Shown piece by piece: positions 24,601 to 37,373 of a stretch of DNA of 64,000 bases (position 1 is its first letter; each line of letters starts with the position of its first letter). The DNA lies in NCBI RefSeq assembly GCF_964204645.1, contig NC_134033.1, forward strand, positions 186,001 to 250,000, read 5' to 3'. Source of the DNA: Tubulanus polymorphus. Taxonomy: Eukaryota > Animalia > Nemertea. Position numbers and translations under genes: made by a program. The notes beneath the pieces are model-generated. The model had not been told where the DNA came from and did not search any database. It was given only the letters and a program-made list of their open reading frames with translations.

Positions 24601-27600
24601 TTTCACTTTGAACTGATAATCAGTCGCTGGTTTTAATGCGGTTATTTTTGTTTGCACCAGTTTTCTATAACCGGGGTCCGGTATTTTAGATTTATTCACG
24701 AATCCTGTAGAATCCGAGCCTCTGTAACTGACGGTGAACGTTTGTTTAAAGCCACCCTCGAATTCAGACACCCAACTCAGTGTCACAGATACAGCTGTTT
24801 TTGCGATAACTGTCAGATTTGACGGTGTTTGTGGAGGTCCTGAAATAGAGATACAGATTAATACACATTTCGCAAATTGCATCAATTTCTATATTTAACC
24901 GTTTAGAGTTAAATAAAAGATTTGTTGTAAAAAAAGACTTAAGTTCGATATTTCTGATTGAAATTGAAACCAAAAGATGAACAACAAACATTAAACCCAA
25001 AATCCTTCCAAAACTGATCATCCAGGTCTCACAGTAAAATCCCCCGTATGAAGAAATAACCCCCCCCCCCCACGGGCGCAGTATATACTCACCAGTCTCT
25101 GTGAGTCTCAGTAATATTTCTAAACTACCGATAGAATTTTTGAGTCGACACGAATAAAATCCATAATCAGACACTTGAACTGATTGTATGATAACATCAA
25201 ACTGAGTTAAACTAGTTTTATTTATTTCATGTTTGTCGTTTGTTGAATTGTGGCTGCAACTTAAACTTGTCTCTGATGGATTCGCGTCAAACTTTATCGT
25301 AAATTTGGCAGTTTCTCCAATATTTGCAGCTACGAATTTCAGCTCGTTTGACAGTTTTGGTGAATCTATTGTAAAATAGAAATATATTTGGTGATGTTGT
25401 AACAAGTGACAAACAGTTGGGCAAATTGTCTGCAACATCAGTACAATTAATAAGATATTTTTGTTTCTAGGAGGCGAGGTCAAATTACACCTGACTGACC
25501 TGTCAATCATCTTAAACAATAAGTACTTACATTGTACATGAACAGTAGCGATATTACTGATTGTAAAACCTGCTGTGTTTGTCGCTTCACATCTGTATCG
25601 TCCTGAATCAGCTTTTGATAGATTTTCTAGGGTAAGATAATCATTCGTGGATCCGATAGTTTTCCAGACAGCCGCTGGTAGAGTTGAGAATTTCCAGGTG
25701 TAAATGTAACTATCAGGGTTTCCACCAGTTGCTGCACAGTTTAACCGTATTGAATTGTTTTCTGTAATTACAGATTTTACTGGAGTCAATGAAACCGAAT
25801 CAGCAGCATCTGGAAAACATAGAATATTGATAATTATTCATATATAATTCTATTGCGTAAATATAAAAATACAACTTTTTTCATTAAAAAAAAATGATTA
25901 TACTATTTATGAATCAGCTCACACACTTACACAGTATTGACAATGTGATGGATTTGCTGACACCAGGTTTACCATTCTGATAAGCGGTACATTTATACTG
26001 TCTTCCATTCTTATCCTTATCAGTTGACACTACTAGACTACTAGTAGATATGTGTCCACTGTGAGGTCCAGGTTTATGATTGGTTGCTGGGTTGGGTGAC
26101 ATATTGGTCCATGTTGTCGCCACAGAGCTGAATGCCCAGACAATCGTAGACACCGGGTTACTGGAGTCAGTTGTACATGTCAGAGTTTTTGATGTACCTT
26201 GAACAACTGAACCGTTTGGAATTTCAGTCAGTGTAATTGACTCTGGTGGAACTGTAAATATGAAATTGAAATTATTCGTTTAATTTCATCAAACGGTCAG
26301 AGAAAAATAAGAAAAGTGTTTCTCACTTACAGTGAATTGTAATTGTTGTATCTTTGCTCAGATTTCCAGTTTCACATCTGTATCGAGCCTGATTCATAGG
26401 TTTAGTTGCAGTAATAGATAATATACTAGTAGCAGAAAACCCGTGATAGACTGCATTAGTTTGACTGGTAGCTGGTTGAGAGATGAGTTGAGTCCATGTT
26501 TTAGAGGAATATGTGAACCAGTGAATCTGTACAGCCGGGTTTGATGAGTCAGTTTTACATTCTATCTGTTGATTATTGTTTACAAACACATGATCTACCG
26601 GACTCTTCATCAGTGTCAGTGCTGCTGCTTGGACTAGAAATAATTCGATATTTTCAATATAATTGTCAAAATCCGGGGAAGTTGATGAAATAAGAATCCA
26701 ATTCACTTGACGCGAATAACGAGTAATTAGTGTGTAACTATGTGTAATACTTACAGTAAACAGTTAATGTAACTTTATTAGAAATCACTGATACTGATAT
26801 ACCAGCTCCAGTGGCTGTACATTGATATTCTGCCTGGTTATCGGTTTTACTGACAGATGTCGAATACATTAGCTGACGACCAACTCCCTGTTTCACAGCG
26901 CTGCCCCCTGGTGTTCTAGTTATAGCGAGGGTCGGTATCGGGTAACCCCCAGTAGCTGTACACGTGAAGACAACAGTCGCGGATTCCTGAACGGGTGACT
27001 CCGGTCCTTGTAATGTAACACCACTCGGCGGGTCTGAAATTAAAATAGTTTGATTAATCGATAATTCATGTATGACAGCAGTAACACATTATTTAGGAAC
27101 ATTTCATAGTTGCAGGAGGGAAAATCCAGAGTCCACCAAATCAATTTTAATTTCTGAATTTTTTAACTTTCATAACACTTTTAGATTTGATAAATAAAAC
27201 TATGTTTAATTGAGTAAAGAGTAAAATAAATACTCACATGTAACATTGATAGTAATACTATCAGCAACTGATCCCACAGTATTCGATACGTTACATGTAT
27301 AAACACCTGAATCAGTTCTCCTAACGGGCTGGAATCTGAGTTTATTACCAGACTGTCCTGATGGATTGACACCAGTCCATTTATACTTCAGTCCTGTAGC
27401 TCCAGACTGTGAACCGTCACACGTGACTGTTAACTGTGAATTCTCCTGTACTGTAACGATGTTGTTGATGACGGGGGCTGGTTGAGATGTTAGAACTGGT
27501 CCACTAGGGGGCGCTGTAAATATGAAATGATGCAGATTTGATTTTAACAATAATGAAAACAAATCATCAACAGACATCACAGTTTATGTATCAATGCGCA

Positions 27601-29635
27601 CTAATGGCGCGGATGAATATACTATGAGTAAAGTGTTATACGTTTCATTTTCTCAAACTGGATAAAACTTTCATATGTAAAATTTATTCGTGAAATCTTC
27701 AATCAATATCAACACTCAATGAATATCTCAGAACAACTGGTGAATACGAGATTTTTTATTGCTCAACACAATTAGAAATTTTATATATCATTGAATAGTT
27801 TATCATTCTCACCTAAAACAGTAACTACTGTTTTACTGTTTGGGAAAGAGTTCATGTAGTTACATGACCATCGTCCAGCATCAGTCATCTGTATATTTTC
27901 TATACGTAAACCGTAACGTCCATTTGTGACGTCACATTGTCCAGTGTATCGGGGATCACTGATAGTTCCACTTGGACAGTTTGACTTATCAAACGCATAC
28001 TCTCCTGGAGGACCACCGATTGTCATTCTAAAGTCGCAGAAATTTTTACTGGCTGGTGAAACCTGACATTGTACATCAGTGGTGCCACCTACTATTACAA
28101 TTGATCGTGTTGCAACCACAGTGAGTCTCGTATCCACTGGGTCTATACAGTTCGTCTGCTGTCCTGAAAACAATATGTTTAAACTGTTTTGGGAGAAATT
28201 GTAAGGTTCAATACTTAACCTTAATTAAATGCTAATATGTTCCATTATAACAATACTCAGGAAATGGGGATTACAATTAAATTTTTCAAATTTATAAATG
28301 TTACTTCAGTAATGTCATAACTAGAATGAGGCTAAGCCTCGGCTTTTAATTCACCGCCACATGTACAGTTTGTGGCGGAGTCACATGTGCAGAAGGATGT
28401 TATTAGACAACATGTAGTGTAAAAAAAATATACCAACAGTTACAGACTGTGATTCCCTACTTCAGTCCAAAGTTTAAAATATTGGTCAAAAATTGCGGCC
28501 TCTTGACTGTTAACGACGTTTTTCATGTGAACCGCATCGCCTCAATTTTTGATAAAATCGGTCGCTAGTGTGTTAACGATGTTTTTCATGTCGGTCTCCT
28601 GGTGGCCATAATTTGAATCAAATCGACCTAATTTTGATTTGGGTTTCGCCCAAGTGATGCCCTAGTCATATACTAAGTTTGAAAAGAATTGGTCGACAAT
28701 TGCGGCCTCTCTAGACTGTTAACGTCACTTGCGGTTTATAATAGAAATTTAGATATAAAACACATTTAATTAAAACTACTTGTAAAAGTGTTCTTCAAAA
28801 AGAAAAGTTTTAAGATGAGATTTAAAATCGTAAATGTCATTGCAGTTCCAAACCTTAGGAGGTAGATTATTCCATAAAATTGGTGCGTAAACTACTCTGT
28901 GCTCTGTGCATTAAGTATTAATTGTGGAGCAATTAACTGAAACTGAAACTGATCATTGCTAAATATTATGATGTTCTACCCGGACACTTTCAGCCGTTTT
29001 TTTACCTGTTGTGTATTTGGATGTGAGTAGAACTATCACGAACACGAACCACACTTCACTCTGAATATAGAACATAATTACAAAATTATCGAGTTTGTTA
29101 TTCACAAATTAATCAATTCGGCGTTAAATTAGTCCGTGAATCTGGGTGCAGAAACTTGAAATGATTCTGTTTCCTTTACTTTGATCTACTCGTCGTAGGA
29201 ATTCATTATATATAGCGACTTGTGTGAATCTGAACCCCAGAAACTATTGACAACAGTTCTCTTATGTTAGATATGTTGTATCTAGGGCCAATGGCTAAGT
29301 TTTTAATTTATCCAGACAACTTATTGAATTTCGACCCCGTTCTTGAGCTATGTCGTCATTTTTATGTCACTGAGCAATATAGTTTTAGTTCTAACGCTAG
29401 GTGGCGCACCGGGCTCATTCTTTGCACTGCACAACCCCAATACTGACTTGTTACCGGACGGATGGACGGACGGACGGACGGACGGACGGACGGACAGAGA
29501 CAGACAGAGACAGACAGAGACAGACAGAGACAGACAGAGACAGACAGAGACAGACAGAGACAGACAGAGACAGACAGAGACAGACAGAGACAGACAGAGA
29601 CAGACAGAGACAGACAGAGACAGACAGAGACAGAC

Positions 29636-29676
<41 letters not shown>

Positions 29677-29975
29677 TACAGACACAGACACAGACAGACA
29701 GACAGACAGACAGATAGGTAGGCAGGCAGGCAGGCAGGCAGACAGGCAGACAGACAGACAGACAGACAGACAGGTAGGCAGGCAGACAGGCAGGCAGACA
29801 GACACACAGACAGACGGACAGACAGACAAACAGACAGACAAACAGACAGGCAGGCGGGCGGGCAGGCAGGCAGACAGACAGGCAGACAGACAGACAGACA
29901 GACAGACAGCCAGACAGACAGACAGAGACAGACAGACAGAGACAGACAGAGACAGAGACAGAGACAGAGACAGAC

Positions 29976-30042
<67 letters not shown>

Positions 30043-30164
30043 GACAGACAGACAGACAGACTATCTATGTATCAGAACAAAGAGATTTCTACAGTTTTGC
30101 GATGGTTGTGCAGTTGTTAAGGACGATTTTACTTTACTACTATACTCACAGTTTGACCGTTCAT
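18643..30164 (-). CDS. IgSF type-I receptor A (signal peptide, IgV + 6 Ig, FN3, membrane-proximal domain, TM, ~270-aa multi-tyrosine tail); nephrin/sidestep/CD22-like architecture
   Basis: Leader exons 30164-30150 (MNGQT) and 29060-29006 (SEVWFVFVIVLLTSKYTTG). One Ig domain per phase-1 exon from 28163-27813 (DAGRWSC) to ~25364-25093 (DYGFYSC); FN3 exon ~24839-24534 (PPQTPSNL..LSW..LKPATDYQFKV); TM exon 23437-23290 (GLIGGVIVGISLIAIIVIVIVLLFV-KRRR); short tail exons; stop at 18643. Confidence 0.85.
19654..21491. repeat. 27-bp satellite, ~68 copies, each containing the splice donor of a receptor A tail exon
   Basis: Unit ttc(g/t)ctatacagtgtgttactcaccca; on the minus strand AATGG|GTGAGTAACACACTGTATAG. 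Two variants are interspersed. Confidence 0.95.
23630..23722 (-). mobile_element. Degenerate tRNA-derived (SINE-like) head
   Basis: Minus strand GCAGCC..TAGCTCA..GGGTTCGAGTCC..GGCTGC has A/B-box remnants and paired ends but no proper anticodon arm. Confidence 0.45.
28320..28725. mobile_element. Probable non-autonomous interspersed element (Helentron/HINE-like) with internal subrepeats
   Basis: Repeated aattgcggcctct..gactgttaacg blocks (~28491 and ~28698); similarity to invertebrate HINE-type repeats is from recall only. Confidence 0.35.
28785..28900 (-). mobile_element. 3' remnant of a CR1/L2-type LINE ORF2
   Basis: Minus-strand translation YAPILWNNLPPKVWNCNDIYDFKSHLKTFLF fits the AP.LWN.LP...FK..LKT.LF terminus of L2/CR1 ORF2. 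Confidence 0.6.
29455..30062. repeat. Compound (GGAC)n/(GACA)n/(GGCA)n microsatellite in intron 1 of receptor A
   Basis: Direct inspection. Confidence 0.95.
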
Positions 30165-30360
30165 TTTCACCAAATTTTCTCGTGATCAAAATATATCGAT
30201 TGAACATTAAAAGTTGAGTCATTCACTTCATCGGAATTTCAAAACTCTGTTTTCGAAGTTATGGCAAAACTCTTCAATCTAAGCCTAAAACGTAGCATCA
30301 AGAGCACATCTACGTAATCCATATTAAGATATGCTAAGACGTTTTTCACTACCTGGTCGC

Positions 30361-31113
30361 TTTATATATAGCTGACTACATTTTTGTCAACACACACAAT
30401 ATCGGTCTAACCTACGACGCGTTGTATTCATATATTCGACAGTAGTACAAGCGGTACAGGGTACTGCTTTCACAGTACAGTGCTGTTGACGACATTCGTC
30501 TGATTTGCGATATAGTAATGTACACGACGTTTAGATATCTTTACTGTTATTATATTCCTATATTTGTTCAAAGTGCGGGAAAAACCCGCGCAGTAGGTTT
30601 TATTTTTCGCCATTCTAAATCATGACTGATTAATTTCAATAATAGGATCGTGTCCATATGGAAACCATCCTCAGCTGGGAGAGTCTCAATATCATCAAGA
30701 TCGAATTCCGGGCAGGATGCTACAGACGGTGAATCTTAGTAGCAGAAAACCTGTGATGTATGTAGTTCAAATTACTTTTAAAAGATTTCACTGATACAAA
30801 TGTCTGATGTAATTAGTTCATTTTCGATAAAAAAAATCCTGAGGATTTGGCTTTCTACATCAACGTCATAATTTCACATATCTATGATGATGTGCAAAAA
30901 GTGACGTCAATTATCAATAATTTCAGTTATTTATTCAAAGTTCAATTCTTAATCCATCAATCGTCATGATTAAACTGTTTGAGATATTTGAGGAATAGTC
31001 ATATCAATTGATTGATACATGTACATTAGACTCCGCGCGCTTCTGTCACAGAGTCCATGTCTATACTACAAATAGCTTTAAACTACCACGCAATACATTG
31101 TTCACTTATAAAA
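30361..31113. promoter_or_regulatory. Putative divergent promoter region of receptors A and B
   Basis: Outward-facing TATA-like boxes: TATATAAA (minus, 30368-30361) and TATAAAA (plus, 31107-31113), each 200-300 bp upstream of the inferred ATG; GGGAAAAACCC at 30577-30587. Confidence 0.4.
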
Positions 31114-31409
31114 TACTTCCTGGTTGGAATAGAAAGACGTTTTTTTCAATGTTCATGTGACAGAAAATCAGAGCGTTCCATTCATTACTGTTGATTTGTG
31201 TTTTGTAAGTTAGGTTTCAATCTTAGAACCAAGGAATTTTGAATCTTAGAAAAGTAAAGCTAAGAAGGAACTACGGCTAAAATATCTAGTTAATACTCAG
31301 ATTTGGAAAACTGCCTAATTGTGAAGGAGCAATAATACATGATAGCATATTTGAATACTTCTTTTAGTGAAGAAATTTTGTGGTTCTTTGAGAAGGAATT
31401 ATATACAGA

Positions 31410-34400
31410 ATGTGCAGAAAGGTAAAGATCAGAGTTACAGATCAAATCTGTACGGGTTTAATTAGATTCTGAATACAGTTTCCATCCTGACCCCGGAACA
31501 GTCACATCTGGAGCAGCAGAAATATTTAACTTCACGCGGATTGAGCTAAATCAAAATATTTATTGTCTTCATTACAGAAATTTCTGGTCGTAATTCTGAT
31601 GTTATGTCTGATTATGTGCACAGGAATAAACGGTAAATTAATATCGATCTAACGAGCGATAGAAATGACGAGTCTTGTGTTTTAGAATTTCTATTGAATT
31701 ATAAATTATGATTTATCATTGTGTGTGCAAGTTTGAATTTTTATCCCCTGATCTATGAATACAAGGAATTTGATCCACGAATTTGATCCACCTATGGCGT
31801 CACTGTTTAACTTAAGTCAGCTCACATCTTTAACTTACTTAATTTTACTACGCATTTGATGATGTCATTCGGTGAATGGAAATTTGAGTTATTTTATAAA
31901 CGAGGTGTAAAACGTCTGACCATGAATTAACTTCCATTTCTGCAGCGGTGCTTCGTGATCTCGTTTTTTTATGATTTCGTTTTAACATATCTACTTGTAA
32001 ATTGTTTTCAGGACAGCAGACGAACTGTATAGACCCAGTGGATACGAGACTCACTGTGGTTGCAACACGATCAATTGTAATAGTAGGTGGCACCACTGAT
32101 GTACAATGTCAGGTTTCACCAGCCAGTAAAAATTTCTGCGGCTATAGAATAACACTGAGCGGCCCTCCAGGAGAGTATGCGTTTGATAAGTCAAACTGTC
32201 CTCGTGGAACTATCAGTGATCCCCGGTACACAGCACAATGTGACGTCACAGCTGGTCGTTACGGTTTACGTATAGAAAATATACAGATGACTGATGCTGG
32301 ACGATGGTCATGTAACTACATGAACTCTTTCCCAAACAGTAAAACAGTAGTAACTGTATTAGGTGAGAATGATAAACTATTCAATGATATATAAAATTTC
32401 TAATTGTGTTGAGCAATAAAAAATCTCGTATTCACCAGTTGTTCTGAGATATTCATTGAGTGTTGATATTGATTGAAGATTTCACGAATAAATTTTACAT
32501 ATGAAAGTTTTATCCAGTTTGAGAAAATGAAACGTATAACACTTTACTCATAGTATATTCATCCGCGCCATTAGTGCGCATTGATACATAAACTGTGATG
32601 TCTGTTGATGATTTGTTTTCATTATTGTTAAAATCAAATCTGCATCATTTCATATTTACAGCGCCCCCTAGTGGACCAGTTCTAATATCTCAACCAGCCC
32701 CCGTCATCAACAACATCGTTACAGTACAGGAGAATTCACAGTTAACAGTCACGTGTGACGGTTCACAGTCAGGAGCTACAGGACTGACGTATAAATGGAC
32801 TGGTGTCAATCCATCAGGACAGTCTCATAATAAACTCAGATTCCAGCCCGTCAGTAGAACCGATTCAGGTGTTTATACATGTAACGTATCGAATACTGTG
32901 GGATCAGTTACTGATAGTATTACTATCAATGTTACATGTGAGTATTTATTTTACTCTTCACTTTATTAAACATAGTTTTATTTATCAAATCTAAAAGTGT
33001 TATGAAAGTTAAAAAATTCAGAAATTAAAATTGATTTGGTGGACTCTGGATTTTCCCTCCTGCAACTATGAAATGTTCCTAAATAATGTGTTACTGCTGT
33101 CATACATGAATTATCGATTAATCAAACTATTTTAATTTCAGACCCGCCGAGTGGTGTTACATTACAAGGACCGGAGTCACCCGTTCAGGAATCCGCGACT
33201 GTTGGCTTCACGTGTACAGCTACTGGGGGTTACCCGATACCGACCCTCGCTATAACTAGAACACCAGGGGGCAGCGCTGTGAAACAGGGAGTTGGTCCTC
33301 AGATATCGTATTCAACATCTGTCAGTAAAACCGATAACCAGGCAGAATATCAATGTACAGCCACTGGAGCTGGTATATCAGTATCAGTGATTTCTAATAA
33401 AGTTACATTAACTGTTTACTGTAAGTATTACACATAGTTACACACTAATTACTCGTTATTCGCGTCAAGTGAATTGGATTCTTATTTCATCAACTTCCCT
33501 GAATTTTGACAATTATATTGAAATATCGATTTGTTTTCAGTCAAAGCCACAGCACTGACACTGATGAAGAGTCCGGTAGATTATGTGTTAGTAAACAATA
33601 ATCAACAGATAGAATGTAAAACTGACTCATCAAACCCGACTGTACAGATTCACTGGTTCATATATTCCTCTAAAACATGGACTCAACTCGTCTCTCAACC
33701 AGCTACCAGTGAAACTAGTGCAGCCTATCACGGGTTTTCTGCTACTAGTATATTATCTATTACTGCAACTAAACCTATGAATCAGGCTCGATACAGATGT
33801 CAAACTGGAAATCTGAGCAAAGATACAACAATTACAGTTTACTGTAAGTGAGAAACGCATTTCTTATTTTTCTATAACCGTTTCATGAAATTACAATTAA
33901 CTAATTGCAATTTGATATTTTACAGTTCCACCAGAGTCAATTACACTGACTGAAATTCCAAACGGTTCAGTTGTTCAAGGTACATCAAAAACTCTCACAT
34001 GTACAACTGACTCCAGTAACCCGGTGTCTACGATTGTCTGGGCGTCGTACAGCTCTGTGGCGACAACATGGACCAATATTACACCCAACCCAGCAACCAA
34101 TCATATCCCTGGATCTCACAGTGGACAGATATCTACTAGTAGTCTAGTAGTATCTACTGATAAGGATAAAAATGGTAGACAGTATAAATGTACCGCTTAT
34201 CAGAATGGTAAACCTGGTGTCAGCAAATCCATCACATTGTCAATACTGTGTAAGTGTGAGCTGATTAAACAAGAACAACAAATTTATTCTTTTTTAGAAA
34301 AAGAAGTTATTCGCGTGTTAGAATTATCAATATTCTATGTTTTCCAGATGCTGCTGATTCGGTTTCATTGACTCCAGTAAAATCTGTAATTACAGAAAAC

Positions 34401-37373
34401 AATTCAATACGATTAAACTGTGCAGCAACTGGTGGAAACCCTGATAGTTACATTTACACGTGGAAATTCTCAACTCTACCAGCGGCTGTCTGGAAAACTA
34501 TCGGATCCACGAATGATTATCTTACCCTAGAAAATCTATCAAAAGCTGATTCGGGACGATACAGATGTGAAGCGACAAACACAGCAGGTTTTACAATCAG
34601 TAATATCGCAACTGTTGATGTACAATGTAAGTTACATATATACATATTGTTTAAAATGATTGACAGGTCAGTCAGGTGTCATTTGAGCCCGCCTCCTAGA
34701 AACAAAACTATCTTATTAATTGTACCGATTTTCCAGACAATTTTCCAAATTGTTTGTCACTTGTTAAAACATCACCAAATATATTTCTATTTTACAATAG
34801 ATTCACCAAAACTGTCAAACGAGCTGAAATTCGTAGCTGCAAATATTGGAGAAACTGCTAAATTAACGATAAAGTTTGACGCGAATCCATCAGAGACAAG
34901 TTTAAGTTGCAGCCACAATTCAACAAACGACAAACATGAAATAAATAAAACTAGTTTAACTCAGTTTGATTTTATCATACAATCAGTTCAAGTGTCTGAT
35001 TATGGATTTTATTCGTGTCGACTCAAAAATTCTATCGGGAGTTTAGAAATATTACTGAGACTCACAGAGACTGGTGAGTATGAACTGCGCCCCGGGGGGG
35101 GGGGGGGGTTATTATTCAAATGGGGAATTTTACTGTGAGACCTGGATGATCATTTTTGGAAGGGTTTGGATATAAAACATCTAACATCTGGTGTTTATCG
35201 TTCGTCTTTTGGTTTCAATTTCAATCGAAAATGTAGAAAATTAAGATATTAGGTTCAAAACAGGTGACGATGATTTAGAGGTGGCTGGAAATTTCGAATA
35301 TTTCGGGTCTAGGTCTCAAGTTGATAGGAACTAAAGTCTTTTTCACAATAAATCTTTTATTTAACTCTAAACGGTTAAATAAAGAAATCAACGCAATTTG
35401 CGAAATGTGTATTAAACTGTATCTCTATTTCAGGACCTCCACAAACACCGTCTAATCTGACAGTTATCGCAAAAACAGCTGCATCTGTGACACTGAGTTG
35501 GGTGTCTGAATTCGAGGGTGGCTTTAAACAAACGTTCACCGTCAGTTACAGAGGCTCGGATTCTACAGGATTCGTGAATAAATCTAAAATACCGGACCCC
35601 GGTTATAGAAAACTGGTGCAAACAAAAATAACCGCATTAAAACCAGCGACTGATTATCAGTTCAAAGTGAAAAGTATCAATTTAAATCCTGCTGATAATA
35701 CGAGTTCATTTACTGATATAGTTACAACTAAAACTAATGGTAAGATTTCAAACTCGCATCAAGTTTTATATCACATATATAGATTAGATTAGGCATATTC
35801 TTAAACACGGTATATCTAACTGAAATTACGTAAAGAATTAATCAGTTTGTTCCCGTCACTGGAGACTGTTAATTTCACTGACAACCAATGTCGATATTTT
35901 CAATCCAAGCTTCTGCACCGATACGAATTAGAGAATAATTTAAGGAATTATGTAGATAATGCAGTATTAGAATTGTTAAATTCAAATTATGACTGAATTT
36001 TTTTTCTCAATGTTTCAGCTATTCCAAGTGTTATAAACTTCATATTGAAACAAGCTACAATAAAACGAGATGGAAATCTGATCGTGATAAAATTATCATC
36101 ATTTCCTTCAAATAAATACAGCGTCTACGTGAAATACTGTATCACAAATACAAATCAATGTAATTCTACAAAACTGATAGAAATCACTGATGGTTTGATT
36201 ATTATAAATATTAATATTCATCCAGACCGTAACTATAGTTACAAACTGATTGTTACTGAGAGTGATGACGTCATCGTCAGTCACGAGCTTCAACTAGAAG
36301 AAGGAACAGGTTTGTTAAATGTATATCTGTGATATTCAGTGGCTTTTAATACGGAACGCCTTATAAATTCATACCGTTAATTAAGGGTAGTTGACAATTT
36401 AGAGAAATGCTGAAAAACGACTGTCAGATGCCTGCAGTTATTATGTTTCTAAAACTCATGTTTTCAGGAGATGACACGTGGACCGTCGCGTCTCTAGTTC
36501 CACTCATTATTGTTGGTGTTGTTTTTGGTGTCATCGCGTTTGTTCTGGTATTAATTTTATTGATCGTACTTTTGATAAAACAACTCAGAAATGAAGGTTG
36601 CACTTTTATCAACAAATCAAAAAGAAGGTGAGTTTTATAGTAGTTACCCGCACAACTAAATCATTTATCTTATTATCTACAAATATTTGAAACTACTTTA
36701 TATGCAAAAAAAATTTGTAATTAAAAGGTAAATGATACATTGAAATCATTCTTTAATTTTAGAAAAACTGGAGAAGAATCAACTGTTGGTAAATTGTAAC
36801 TTAAAGCAGAAATAGAATTCATGAGAAAATGAACTGTTATTGATAATAGAATTACAGAGCTTCTGAATATTTTATCGAGTTTCTAAATAAACTGAACGTT
36901 CTAAGAAAACAGTATCCATGTATTTAGGATAATTATTGATTATATCATTATTTCATTCATTTCAGTTTATTCAAACAGTAATGAGGTCAATGACACAGAT
37001 TCGCGTATGTATCATTTCAATGCGTGTTATACCTTCAAATATCTCTCTGCAAAATGAGTCTATTTGAAAAAGCGAATTGATATTTCAGATTCTTACGCCG
37101 CGGCGACGCCTTATGTAAATGTAGCTTTTAGCGGTAAGTTAAATTATCATTAAAACTCATCTTATGACAACATTCTAAACAAACAAGAGACATCTTCACC
37201 AAAAGGTTCAGACATCAGCGGGTTTTTATTTCAACTATTCCCTACCTAAGTTCCATGCGGCCGCTCCGCCCGTCCGGGAGAGTTATCATTCTTATTATCA
37301 CGCGTTCTTTGTTTTTCTTCATTAAACAGAGGCTGGAAATGATCCGAACCCTTATGAAGAAGTCAAACATTAG
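31410..37373 (+). CDS. IgSF type-I receptor B, paralogue of A with near-identical ectodomain and a different leader, TM and short (~67-aa) tail
   Basis: Leader exons 31410-31421 (MCRK, GTAAAG donor) and 31578-31632 (KFLVVILMLCLIMCTGING). IgV exon 32012-32362, six more Ig exons, FN3 ~35434-35740, membrane-proximal exon ~36019-36309, TM exon 36468-36627 (LVPLIIVGVVFGVIAFVLVLILLIVLLI-KQLR). Tail exons KTGEESTV / VYSNSNEVNDTDS / HSYAAATPYVNVAFS / EAGNDPNPYEEVKH, TAG at 37371-37373. Confidence 0.85.

Larger units (their letters stand above)
24052..36369. repeat. Large inverted repeat: arms ~24052-28174 and ~32001-36369, spacer ~3.8 kb
   Basis: Direct comparison: the reverse complement of 27515-27812 matches 32363-32660 with no difference seen; ORF pairs 27781..28173/32002..32394, 27206..27580/32595..32969 and 24087..24374/36045..36332 are near-identical. 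Confidence 0.95.

Noticed and set aside
31410-37373. Receptor B as a leaderless pseudogene or assembly artefact
   Set aside because: It has its own phase-compatible ATG and signal-peptide exons, TM and tail, no lesions seen, and many arm-specific differences.
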